This document shows positions 13,249-25,641 of a DNA stretch of 64,000 nucleotides, piece by piece (the first letter of the stretch is position 1; each line of letters opens with the position of its first letter). The position numbers and the translations under genes are program-made. Source of the stretch: Podarcis vaucheri (lineage: Eukaryota); the NCBI GenBank assembly GCA_965113315.1, contig OZ220363.1; one strand, given 5' to 3'. Under the pieces are notes generated by a model. The model did not search any database, was not told where the DNA came from, and was given only the letters and a program-made list of their open reading frames with translations.

Positions 13249-13512
13249 ATCACTATTTATGGTACGTAAGATTATATATGTACCCTTAACACCTTTAACC
13301 TTGCTTCTGTGCAAAATCAGAGTGGTTATGAAATGTTGAAAGCATTCTGTATATTCAGAAAGGTTGAAGGAAGAGTCTTACATATGTGTTCAGAACTAGC
13401 TGTAGTAGATACTCTGGATAACTTAATACTGTATGACATTTAAAGTGCTACCCTGAAACTGAGAGGGCACCCCCTTTGCCATAAACTATCTCAATGACTT
13501 ACTATGGTACCC

Positions 13513-13846
13513 GAGGGAGCGGGTGGCGCTGCGGTCTAAACCACTGTCAGCAGTTTGAATCTATGCAACAGGATAAGCTCTAGTTACTGTTTCCCAGCTT
13601 CTGCCAGCCTAGCAGTTTGAAAGCACACCAGTGCAAATAGATAAATAGGTACTGCTGTGGCAGGAAGGTAAACAGCGTTTCCAGGTGTTCTGTTGCACCA
13701 GGAGTGGTTTAGTCACACTGGCCACATGACCTGGAAAGCTGTCTGTGGGCAAACGCCAGCTCCCTCGGTCGGTCTGAAACAAGATGAGTGCCGCACTGCA
13801 TAGTCACCTTTGACAGGACTTAACTGTCATGGGGTCCTTTACCTTT
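13513..13846 (+). mobile_element. Sauria SINE, older and diverged copy
   Basis: GCGGGTGGCGCTG head, GTGCAAATAGATAAATAGGTAC core, CCTTTACCTTT tail. Confidence 0.85.
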
Positions 13847-16800
13847 CTCTCTTTTTTACTAACATATAAAGTTTCACATAAGAAAACCTGATGTCTGACA
13901 CTTGTCATTTTCTCTGCTTGATTTAAAGTTTGTTTTTAATACGCTGCAGTTGCAGGAAGCCTCAAAAGTGTGTGTGCATGCGCAGAGGTGTCTGTAGGAA
14001 GCTTAAGTCTGCAGTGGTCCTGGACATGTGAACTTCCCATTCTGCTCAGACAAACAGTGAACTGCTCCATTGCACACATCTAAAATTTAGATGCCCACAT
14101 TATCAACTTTCTTCTTCATTGTCTTATGAAAAGGTCCAAGAAAGTAGAACATATATTAGTATATCTTTGAGCATTGTTACAGTGTGGTACAATGTTGAAA
14201 ATTTCACCTAGTAATCCAAGGTCTTAAAACTCTGCTGGTTCTACTGAGTAGAATATCAACCTTTGTGAATTATATAGTGTCCCCTATAGTGGGCTATGAA
14301 TGACTTGACACCTGGCGTTGGTGTGTGGAGCATGGCAAAGAACCAGCACCACTTTTAGAGAGCCAGATGCCTCTATCACCATTGCTGCTTTTAGTCTGGA
14401 AACAACCTATGAGTTGGGCTGTTCATTATTGCCATTTCACAGAACAGAGGCTGAGCAAAATAAAATATATTGTTTAGGCTTTCTGGTGAATCTTCAGCTG
14501 ATGGGATTGGAACAAAGTTCCCCCATGTCTTCAGTAAGTAGGGGCTGGGTGGGCTGGAGTGATGTTGGTTGTGTACCCTGCTTGTCCTTACATCTGTGTA
14601 TTCTCTTAGGCATACTCCGGGCTGAGCAAATGGAGGAGTCTGCTGATGACACTGGGGAGCCCCAAACAGCCGGCAGACTTGTTTGCATCAATAATGACAG
14701 AGTCAAGGCCGTGCAAGAAAGCGGACAATGAAATTAACCAGACAGTGGCTGTGCTTTGTAAGGATTTTTCCATTCTGAGGTAAGCTGCATCACTCCGGGA
14801 GAGAGAAGTGTAGGGTGAAGTAGGAAGTGACAGGGAACAGAAAAAGTGTGAAAATGAATGAGGCACAGAAGGAGATTCCTAGATGGATGGGAGACTCTGC
14901 AGGTTATATAGCCCACGAAGGAACTTGCAGCTGTTTACAAATGGGCACACAACAGAGCATGTGCTAGAATACTGTACATAAGAAACTTTACTGGGTCCTC
15001 CAACACATTTTTAACCATTTATTGTCAAACTTAGAGCCTGATCTTAATCACATTTACTTGGAACCAAACCCTACTGATTTCACTGAGACTTGTTTCCTGG
15101 CAAGTATACTTAGAAGTTCAACAACAGTTTGTGAACAGCTCCTAAAGTTAAATACCTGTAGCAAAAGAACAGGCAGAGGATAGTCAGTGACCACCCACAC
15201 TTATAGGCAGCAGCAAACAAGGGCAGAATGGGGAATTGAGGCAAAGGATGTGAGAACAGATGAGGTCAAGTGAGAAGGGAAGACAGCTGAATGGACAGCT
15301 GAGTTGGAAGCTTAGGGGTTGAAGTATAAAACACAAGGGGTGCAATACAGGGGTTAGGTGCACATTCCATGCAAATCACTTAGCTGTGTGCTTAGTTCCT
15401 ACAGATTTGCCTACAAAGCACCATGCACAAGTCATTAGCAGAAAATTTGACAAGCTGTTTAGTGAACCTGGATGCACTAAGGCTATAAAAGTTAGAAGGC
15501 CAGATTGGGGGAGTCACTGAGGTCTGTAAGTCATCTATGCAGCTTGCCAAAATACCCCATAGTCTTGGAATAGGTCTTGGAAACCTTCATGGGCCTGTCC
15601 CAAATTGTCAATGGACCAATACACAGGGTAGGACACACATTAGCTTTAGGCGTCACTTCAGGGTGAGTGGCTTGTGGTTTGCATATTGATCCCTTTGTTG
15701 TGGGGAGGGGCCAATTTGGACGGCATGCGCTTTGAGACCTATGAAATCTGATTGATTCCTGAGTGCTCTGGAGGATTTTCCAGTAGCCAGTTTTGGTAAT
15801 TTTGTTGAGGCTGTTTCCTAATTGTAGAACATTAGGGTGAGGAGGCCTGTTGACACAGTCGCTTCAGTGTGTCTGGTCTGACACTGCAGAGCTCATTCTG
15901 CTCCTCAGTTCTCTTCATAGCTACGAGCAACAAAAGAGGCCAGGTAACAGCTGTAGCAGGCTGAACAGTGGTTAGAATGCATATCTGCAACTATCACATA
16001 GCGATGATGGCAGTGAAAAAGGTCCACCATTCCATTTCCATCAAGCAGAGCTCTTTCTAGTTAAAATGTTGTTACAACCTGCCTCAGTCAGTAGGACACT
16101 GTAACCACCACAAGCCTGATGTTTAGGCACACCTGTTTAGGCAAGCATTTCCCGGAAGTGAACTTACGATTTTATTGTTTCAATAGGGGCTTTTGTTTTG
16201 CTCTTTCAAATGCTACAATGGAATACTTATTGTGTATTTTAATTATGTATTGATTATGTATTGATTTTATAGTTGACATATAAGTGGTACATAAATTAGA
16301 TGACAATGAGGATGATAATAATATTGCTACATCAAGCCTCCTGTGTGTGAGAGAATCAGAAGTGGCATCAGACCAAATGGTAAAATGAGATGCTTTTTGG
16401 GATAGGAGCCTGGCCTCTATCATAAAAACCAAACAAGCTGAGTGTTTGCCTAGGCCCAAAAGTTGTGAGCAGGGCCACCAAGTGTGCATAGTGCCCCTGG
16501 AGGACAGTTGAGGAGAGCATGTCTAGACTGCACAATGCAAAAATAATTTCAGATTTGGGTGCAAGCCAAGGAGTTTGGCAGTTCCAACTCAACACAGAAA
16601 GTGCCAAACTCTGCACCTTTAACTTTCCTCTTTTTAGATCTGTGCTTAAAGGATTTCGGTGTGGGATAGTAAATGCCTGAGATTACAAGAACATCACTGC
16701 TTGGACCACTCAGAACTCATGAGGTGGCAACATGTGCTTACTCAAGTCTATTGCATGCTTACTCCTCCTTAGCAAGTCCTCCTTAGTTCAGTGGAACTTG

Positions 16801-17260
16801 CACCACAAACTTTATACATGTTTACTTGGGGTGAATGTGCATAGGATTGCAGCCCTACTCTTAATAGATGAATTTAGGATTGCAATCTTAGCATAACAAA
16901 GAGGCTTCCTGCAGGATGATGTGTAATAAGATTTCCACTGAGAGAAAAGCAACTGTATCAGTGGAAAGACCTCGGGCGTGCAGAGAACAAGGGGAGTGTG
17001 GAAATGCTTTATTTCAGTTGCTGCATATGGTGAGGTGTTAGTTGGCATCAGGTTTTATAGCGAGACATTCTTAGGAGGGAAGTATTGATTGGGAAAACTG
17101 GCTGATAGCAAAAGAATAGTCCATTTCAGGGATAGGATTGGTAAGAGGAAAGCTTTTGAGAATAGACAGATGTTTCTCTGAAACAATCCTGAAATTGCAG
17201 CCTTGGGTGTATATTGAAGTCACTCCTATGCACGCATTAACTAGGAAGTAAGCACCATTG

Positions 17261-17615
17261 GGGGATGCGGGTAGTGCTGTGGGTTAAACCACAGAGCCTA
17301 GGACTTGCCGAAAGGTTGGCGGTTCGAATCCCTGCGACGGGGTGAGCTCCCGTTGCTGGGTCCCTGCTCCTGCCAACCTAGTAGTTCAAAAGCAAGTCAA
17401 AGTGCAAGTAGATAAATACCGTAGGTATCGCTCCGGCAGGAAGGTAAACGGCGTTTCCGTGCGCTGCTTTGGTTCGCCAGAAGCGGCTTAGTCATTCTGG
17501 CCACATAACCCGGAAGCTGTACGCCGGCTCCCTCAGCCAGTAAAGCGAGATGAGCGCCGCAACCCCAGAGTTGGCCACAACTGGACCTAATGGTCAGGGG
17601 TCCCTTTACCTTTTT
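17261..17615 (+). mobile_element. Sauria SINE, full length
   Basis: Complete head and tail; 12-bp TSD TAAGCACCATTG at 17249-17260 and 17616-17627. Confidence 0.92.
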
Positions 17616-18874
17616 TAAGCACCATTGAGCTCAGCTGGATTTATTTCTGGGTAAACATGAAATATTATTGGCTGCGTGACCTCAAAACTGTCCTGAGCCT
17701 GTAAGATATACATGGATATGGTTGTTGACAAGAGTTTTTCTGACACAGGCTTTTTAGGTGTTTGACTCTACTGTTGAATATGGGAACATGTGGAGCCAAG
17801 GTATATATTGAGCTAAGCTGCATTGAAACCAGTCTGGCCTGGTTCAAAATTGTGATGTTAGCTTACAAGAGTATCAAGGCTGAAAGGAAGGCAGTAGGAA
17901 AAGCCCAAAGTCAGAGCAGAAAGTCATATTGAGGGCACCTTACTGCATGCATTGGGGTTCCGTACAAAAGCCATACTATGCAGAATGGAGATTAGTAACA
18001 CTAAGTATAATTCCTAGTGCCCATCTGGTTATTGAGACAGGTAAGAACATAGTCTGTAGTGTCCTATCCTGACCAGGCATGAATAGTATTTAGCTATGCT
18101 CTGGTACCCAGCTATGAAATTTAGAGCCAATGCAAGAAACAGAAGACAAACCCCCTGAAATGATTCACATTTAGGGGTGCAGCATATTCTTTGATCACAG
18201 AAAACTACAGAGGTGCCTTGTGGATTTTCATGACCATGGAAATGCTCCAAGATTGCTGGTCACCCTAATTCTACAAGTTTAAAGCAGGCTGATCACTTTT
18301 CAAGTTTGTGAGCTTTTCTTTTTCTAGCTGGCTTCTCCTGGAAGAATTAAGCTGTTGGCAAGAGCTTATGATAGGTTGTTCCCCCTTGGGATTTCAAAGC
18401 ATTCGTGGCAGGGAATGGCTTAGTGGTCTGTGAGCGCTTCATTTAAAGAAATCTTAATATGGGAAGCCTTAATTTGAGTCCTTCCTATATTAGACACAGA
18501 GATTGGCAGAGAATCTGGTGTTCCTGGGGCTATTAATGGGGAGACATGGTTAAATTTCCAAGAGGGCTCTCAAGAGTCTTGTGGGCAGAATAATGAAGAA
18601 CTGGCATGTCAGCACTGTGCAATTTAGCCAGCGTCAAATATACCAAAGAGCTTTTATGCCAGAACACAAAAAAAATGCACTTGGGACACTTGCAGTAAAT
18701 AGCACTCCACTGAGATTCCTAGAATCTAAATGAGAAATCACTGCACAGGAACTGTCCATGCTAAGAAAATAGCAATCACTGTGCAGTAGCCATGAGGAGA
18801 CTGCTATCCACACAGACTAGACCTCGGCACCTTTTTCAAACTGTCCTTGTAAGCAGGGTTCAGATGCTGTAGAT

Positions 18875-19012
18875 CATGGATTGAGAAACACTTGGTCCTC
18901 CGGATGGTTTTGGACTCCCAGTGCCCATCAGTCCCATCCAGCATAAGCAGTGGCCAAGGATGATGGGAGTTGTAGTCCCATAACATGTGGAGGGCCACGT
19001 TTCCTATCCCTG
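18875..19012. mobile_element. ~135-bp palindromic MITE (hAT-like squamate family)
   Basis: Hairpin GGACTCCCAGTGCCCATC...GATGGGAGTTGTAGTCC. Related copies near 19750-19862, 20444-20579, 28821-28959, 32263-32410, 38081-38197, 41900-41997, 49946-50068 and 50602-50727. Confidence 0.75.
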
Positions 19013-20443
19013 TTGCAGATAAAGATTCCACAAGAAAGCCTTGATTCACTTTCTTATCTTCCTCCACTCATTATTCATTCATACAGACTGCAGCCAGAGT
19101 TTTCCCCGAAACAGCTGATGTAACATCTAAAATCACCTCCTCCTGGTCTAAACTCAGAAACACCACTTTGCCCTCATCTCCCTTGAACATCCTTTCAGAT
19201 CAGTTTCCCTTGAAGGTCTGCCATCTCCTGAATGACTCCATTGCCAGCACACCCATCTGTCAGGTCACACCTTTAGAACTACACTTGGTAGCTTCCTCCC
19301 CTTTCATGTGAGGAATGTTAGAGCTCCATCTCAGGCTCCTCTGTGCCCCAGTACTGGACAAACTTGCCACTCATACCAGGTTTTTCTTTTCTGCTGTTGA
19401 CTGTATAGCTTTGCAATCATGAGCAACCTGAAATCCAGTGTGGTCAGAATGGAGTTTGATTTTCCCATATATAGTCAGGGTACCATGATGCATTTTGCTC
19501 AGCCTCCTTTCAAGACCTCAAGCATCCCTCTGCGATTACGTTCTAGTGACTAAGTCATCCGCAGCATCTGGGCTAGCATCCAAAGTTCTTGCTTGTGGCC
19601 CAGATTATTACAATATTGCCTTCTCTACCTGTGTGATACTTTCCTCGCTCCATCCATGGCCCCATCCTTGCCTCTGTACTACTGTTTAGCATGCTGATTC
19701 AGGACCCAGTTTTCTGTCTCCTTTGCCATGCTTCTCTCTTGCCTTTACACCAGGGCTGACTACACTCAACTCCCATCACCCTCAACCATCATAGCCTTTA
19801 GTTAGGGTTGATGGGAGTTGCAGTCCAATAGTATTTGGGGGACCACAGGTTAACCATCCCTGGCTTACATGATCAGTCTAGTTTTATTCTCATTCTGAGG
19901 CTGATTCTATTCCTAATATTTCCCAGTTTCTTCCTAGGCTACAACACAATAGGCCACCTGTCCTGTTGTTTGTTGAAAGTCCTCCTTTTTGTGACTGTGC
20001 TTAAATGCTTTGTTTCCTGCATCTATCCCAACAACAAACACCTGAAGTTTGGGAGGTAAATGTCTAAAGAAGGAATAGATTGCTACCTCTTTTGCAAGCC
20101 AGGGGAAATTGTCACCACAACTCCTGGTTATTTCATTACTTCTGTGATCTTGGGTGTGTGTATGTGTAGGGTGTCTTAACAGCAGGAAAACTTAAACCTG
20201 GACTTGGCCTTAATAGTTCTGAGAATAGAGTTACTAACTGGCAGTGGGTGTCTGTGTTTGGACTGAAATCACCATGACTGACTTGGGGATTGCAGGGGGG
20301 TGGGAAGGTTGCAGTTTGTATAAGGTTCTTTTTGAATTTGTACTACCTTCCAGTTTTTTAGTGTGTCTTCAGTTCACATGGTATAATGGAACATCTGGCT
20401 GGATCTAATTTAGTGGCTGGACAGGCTTTCCCCCTGTATGTTG

Positions 20444-20579
20444 GGATGGGGAACCTGTAGCCCAGCAGACACTGCTGAATTGCAGCTCCAGTCACCCCTG
20501 ACTATTGAACATGCTGGCTGGGGCTGATGGGAGCTGGAGTCCCAACATCATCTGGAGGGCCACAGTTTTCCCCATCCGT
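20444..20579. mobile_element. ~135-bp palindromic MITE copy
   Basis: GGATGGGGAACCTGT...ACAGTTTTCCCCATCC inverted ends. Confidence 0.75.
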
Positions 20580-21344
20580 ACTGTATCTAAATCCCACCAT
20601 AGCATTTCTGCCCCTGTTGGTCTACACAACTGACTGCAACCTGCATGGGATCAGGACCTTCTCACAGAAAGCATGTGGGTGGCCTGGCGTGGATCCATGG
20701 GGGAGAAAGCATTTGCTCCATTGGATGTCAGACCTGGCCCATGAAACAGTTTTATCAGGCTCTTGGCAGCCCTGCCAAATGCTAACCATGTGGTATGCAT
20801 TTTGCCCATGGTTTCATATGCAAGGAGAGGAAATTTGTTTGCAAATGTTGCGAGATATGTGAGTTATTCCATACTTTAAATGTGATTATTGGGAGGGGGG
20901 TGTTATAAACAGTGCCCCGTCTGATAGCTACGCAGAGGCTGAATTGTAAAGCCTGGCCACCTGTGAGGAGGTCGGGCTGTGCATCAAACTATACTTCCGG
21001 TTTCCGGACTACTGCCTGGAGAATAGAGTGGTCCCTGAGAACACAGAACTTGGCCATCCCTGCGCTACAGCACTGAGCCAGGAGTGTGGGAAACGGCTGT
21101 CTATATGTGCCCCTAAAACTGAAGCCTGTCTCTCAAAATGTCCTACTCGAGCCTCATTTGTGCTGCTTTCCGTATATAAGCCTGTTACTGTCTTGTCGTA
21201 ATAGCACACAGAACCTTCAAACCATTCCCTATAACTTTTCCCTTTCCCCTGTTTAATTTCCTGGCTGCAGGCTTAAGATCAGCAAACCTAAACCAGCAGC
21301 AAACTTAATGAGGAGCATCTGTACAGAAAGGGCATGCACGTGGA

Positions 21345-21371
21345 AGTGTGTGTGTGTGTGTGTGTGTGTGC
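21345..21371. repeat. (TG)n microsatellite
   Basis: Read directly from the sequence. Confidence 0.9.
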
Positions 21372-21660
21372 GTGCATGCACGCGGGTGCGCTTACACACA
21401 CAGATGTGTGCAAACCCACGGGGCTGGACAGCAGGAGGTCTACCTGTCAGAACTCTGAGGCTGCCTTGAACTCATCTTATTGTGGGAAAGAAGCCAGTGC
21501 TGATATAAGGCATAGTGCAGGCCCAGACTGAGACAGTGGCAAGACTTCCTCTGTTGCCCATTTACTGGGCAAGCTGTGCTGTACAATGTAGTGCTCACAG
21601 CCAAGGTTTATGTTATATCCCACTTTTCTTCCATCATGGAACCCAAGGCAGTGGACATGG

Positions 21661-21716
21661 GATTCCCAGGTGGTCTCTCATCCAGGCACTGACCAGACCC
21701 AAACCTGCTTAGCTTC
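21661..21716 (-). repeat. 5S rRNA-derived sequence (5S-SINE head or 5S pseudogene fragment)
   Basis: Minus strand GAAGCTAAGCAGGTTTGGGTCTGGTCAGTGCCTGGATGAGAGACCACCTGGGAATC aligns to the 5S internal control region. A second fragment lies near 10415-10456. Confidence 0.75.
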
Positions 21717-24627
21717 AGCAAGGAGTGGTCCAATGTGCCTTCTGACCACAGCCAGACCTAGTCTCGTTTCTATCTAGTGTGCCATTTTCCCTAGATGAAA
21801 GCTGTGTGGGGCAACCCCAGTAGCTTGTGGTAGCACTCAAATGGGTGAAGGTGTGCTTGTGCACCAACTCAAGACTGGCTTTCCAGTCCTCAGGTGTGAA
21901 ACCTATAAAGTAGCCGTCAGGAAGACAGTGGCTTAGATTGCATGCTAGGGTGTATTGTCCTCAAAGGGCTCCAGGCATCCTTCGTTTTAGGTATTAAGCA
22001 ACGTGGCTGTTAAAAGTATTATGTTTCTGAATAGGACTGTTACATGCATGAATTTAGTGCCCATCCTGTCTCATACCTTACTATCCTTATACTGACTGTT
22101 TACATTCTGTCTGTTTACTAGTTATATATAGCCACACTGTTATACTAAGCAAGCCCTATCTCACACAGATTTCTACCCTTCTCACGCACTGAAATTAATT
22201 CCATCCCCCACTTTTGTTCTGAGCAGGGCCAGAGCTTACTCAGATGCCGCCATTCGCAAGAGGGGGCATCCTTATGCACACAGCCATGCGTGTGCTTTTT
22301 CAAAAGCGCATCCCAAGGTGTCCCACTAAGCCACCGGGCAGTACAATAAAACACTTTGGCTCCTAAGAAGAGAACAACAAGAGTAGTTGGCCTTTCCACA
22401 TGCAGTTCACAGCAATGATTTTGCTATGCATCAACACCAGGATCAAAACTCATTCAAAGCTGACCCTTTTGGGGGCTCTTAATGTCTTTGCCAACTTGGG
22501 ATGGACAGTTGGAAATGGAAAATAAGCCAATAGTAAAGGCTCCCAGCCCCATTACCTCTGAGCAGCAAATTTAATGAGGAGCATCTGTAGGGAAAGGAGA
22601 TGCATTGGTGTGGCCATGGACATGCATATGGATGTACATGGCTGTTTTGAGCATGAGGAGTATGTATGGTCCTTAACTAGGGAGTGTATTCCAATCTACA
22701 TGTGGCTCCATAACATGCCTGGATACTTTCCCTGGGATAGTCCCAGCCTCTCTTCTGAGATGCTCCCTCCATAGCAGTGATCTTTTATTCCAGCCACCTT
22801 TTTATCCCTGCACATATAAGCTAAGGTTGACCTTCCTATGAGTACAGTGGATCTGCAGCCATGGTATTCCACAGCATAGAGCCTTTTCAGGTGTGACAGT
22901 TGGCTGTCTGTTTGGAGGATAGGCTCCCACATCCCCTCTTGCACACAGCAGGGGGCCGTGTTGCCTGCTGCTTGCCAGCCTGCACTGGTGCCCAACTATG
23001 TAGCAGGCAAAGAGGGTTCAACTTGTTTCTAGAGACATCATCCCTCTAGATAATCTCACATGCATGCATCTGTGCCACTTCCCAGCACACCATTGCCCTT
23101 TCTAGTCACACCTACCCCACTCAGTTCCCTCCTGTGCAGCATCCTTCCCCCCCCCCCGCCGCTACCCAACTAGCTTTCTGCTTTAAAGCAAAAAGAGCCA
23201 ACAAATGGCACTTTGACAGCCTATCAGCCCAATGTATTGCTGGGTAGGATCCCTCTCTAATTTGGGCTGTTCTGGAGAGAAATCCCTTAAAAAGATGCCT
23301 AGTCCCAAGCTGCTAGCTGCAGCTGCTGGATGGGAGTGATAGAACCATTTGCGCCTATCAGTTTTAGCTCTATTCTCTCCCTCCCTTCCTGTGCTGCCCC
23401 CCTTCCATGCCTTTTCACTTTTCCTGGCTATCTCAGCCAAGGAGCAGAACTGACCGGCAGTAAAGAGACCCAAGCCGATAGACAGCATCTTTCCCCAATA
23501 GACCTAGCAGTGAGAATTTGGGCTGTTGTTCATTTGTGACATGAAAGAGCAAGTTCTGCGTATGCCTGTCTACTGGTCTCCTCGGCCTCACATTTTCCGG
23601 CATATCCCCCTCCACATTCCCTGCTTTGCCTTTTCCAGCATCCAGGCAAGGGAGAAAAAATCCCAAAGATTTTTCTGTTTTTGTTTTGCTTTGTTTGTTT
23701 GCTCTTTCTTTTTAAAATAGCTGACTCTGTGGGAGCAAGAGACTCCCCTCTCCCCCAAACAGCGTGATTGTCAAAAGAGCCAGTCCAGGAAACAAACCAC
23801 TTTTGACCTTTTAAGGCTTGTTTTTACATTTTTATTTTATTTTAAACACAAGCCCTCTCCCAGAAAGCCTGGGGTGTTGTCTGCAAAACACAAAACCCCC
23901 ATTGCTTATAAAAATTACACCCTGCAGGAAAAAGTTCTCTCATTCCAAGTAATCGCGCCCCCCTCCGCAACTCCTTTCCAACCTTTTCAAAGTAACAGCA
24001 AGAAAAGTTTTGTTAACCGGCTGCAAATGTTAAAACTCTAAGGATTAACAACAACAGCAACAAAAACCCCTAACATTATTTAGGAAGATTGGACACTTCC
24101 TAGGGTTTTGTGCCCCCCTCCATCCGCCGGAGCAAAGGACATTTCCTCGTTCTTTGCAGAAAAAACTTGTTTCAGGGTGGTTCCCCCCTCCCCTTTCACT
24201 TCTCCTGTTCTTTGTTTAAAAACAAACAAACAAACCTTTATTTTGGTAACCAAACATACTTTCTTTCTGTGCTGGGGCAGCACTTAAAGCACGACAAGGG
24301 GGGTGGTAACCCTTTATAGCCCTTGTCTAAAATGCTGGTGACTTTGATTTTCCTCTGTCAGTTTTGGATGTTATTCCCTTACTAAGCAGCGTCTCTCTCT
24401 CCCCTTCTCCCCCCCCCCCCCAGTAATCACAAACATGCATGAAAAAGAGAGAAGGGGGGGGGGGCAAAGGGAAAGTCTTAAATCAGTCCCAAAGCCAGAC
24501 AGACGTTTTAATCAAATCAAATTAGAATCAGCAGCGGTTTTGGGGTGGGGGGAAGATGAGGCGCATGGCAAGAACCCCCCGCCGCCCCATCCCCCCTCTC
24601 AAAACTGAATGAGATGCGAGCCCTTAC

Positions 24628-24655
24628 CTGGACCCCCCCCAGCAACACATAGCAT
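24628..24655 (-). CDS. CLCF1: Probable alternative CLCF1 N-terminal coding exon, MLCVAGGGP(G)
   Basis: actATGCTATGTGTTGCTGGGGGGGGTCCAG|gtaagg: consensus donor, same phase 1 as exon 1, A at -3. Confidence 0.5.
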
Positions 24656-25625
24656 AGTAGACTCAGAGTTTGGGCTGGGGGCGACGCTGCGGGTTAGCAG
24701 GCAAACGGTTTTGTTCCGAAGCTTCTGGCGCAGAGTGAAAAAATTGCCTTTCTCCCCGGCTGGCTCTGCCCCCGGTTCCGTTCCTTTTTTCCCTCCCCCC
24801 TTTTCCCTATTTGTTTTGGTTTGTGTTTGCTGGGTGTTAGGTGGGAAAAGTTGTCTGTACGCTTTTTTTTTTTTTGGTGTGTGTGCAAAGTTTTCACCAC
24901 TCTCTGTCTCTCTCTCTCTCTCACTCACTCTCTCTCTCTCTCCTCTTCCACCTCCCGTGATTTGCTCTTTTGATTGGTGTCCAGGAATGTAAGAATATAA
25001 AAAAGAAAAATGGGAAAAAGTGCATACACCCTCTCTCGAAGCGGCTGCCTTTCCTTTTTCCCTCCCTTCCTTTTTTTTAAATCAAGTGTTAAGCAGAACC
25101 AGGTTGCTTTCAAGAATGTATTTGATGCAATTGTATACAAGCGGAGGGTCATTCATTTCTTTCTCCTTCTCTCTCTCCCCCCCCACCTCTCCACCCCACA
25201 TTTGCCACCCACCTCAACATACCCCACTGCAGCTCTTCAAACTTTGGGGTGGGGAGGGGCAAGAGAAAGGTAAAGGAGCCAGCAGTATGCATTTCCCTCA
25301 AAGTAAAGAAGGAAGCGGGAGAAAACTTTTGTTTTGTTTTGTTAAAGAACTATCCAGAGGAAATGCCAGCCCACCATACCCCACCCTAACCCCCTCCCAA
25401 CCCCGCTCTCTAGATCTCTGGATGCTGCCAAGATTTGCTAGTGGCATTTTTTAACAAAAAAAAAAAAAAGAAGGAAGAAGAAAAAGAAGAAGGGGGGTCT
25501 TCCAGTAAATGCTGGAGAAATTGAACGTGTTTGTGAGGGCTCAGTTGAAGTTCTCAGTGGGGAGAGGTGGGCTGGCTTCCCTGCGCAGGAGGGGAGGCCT
25601 GCAGAAAGGTACCCAGGACTCCTAC

Positions 25626-25641
25626 CTGCTCTGAACTCCAT
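25626..25641 (-). CDS. CLCF1: CLCF1 (cardiotrophin-like cytokine factor 1) first coding exon, MEFRA(G)
   Basis: ATGGAGTTCAGAGCAG|gtagga: 16 nt, phase 1, matching human CLCF1 exon 1 (MDLRAG). It sits at the syntenic position and orientation, divergent from RAD9A. Downstream exons were not found in the window. Confidence 0.8.

Noticed and set aside
13376-13440. Minus-strand ...ACATAT|gtaag resembling the CLCF1 exon 2 end (GTY)
   Set aside because: Upstream translation (YLLQLVLNTY) does not match TYDLTRYLEHQLR
21661-21716. Functional 5S rRNA gene
   Set aside because: Partial and diverged, with no full-length 120-nt match
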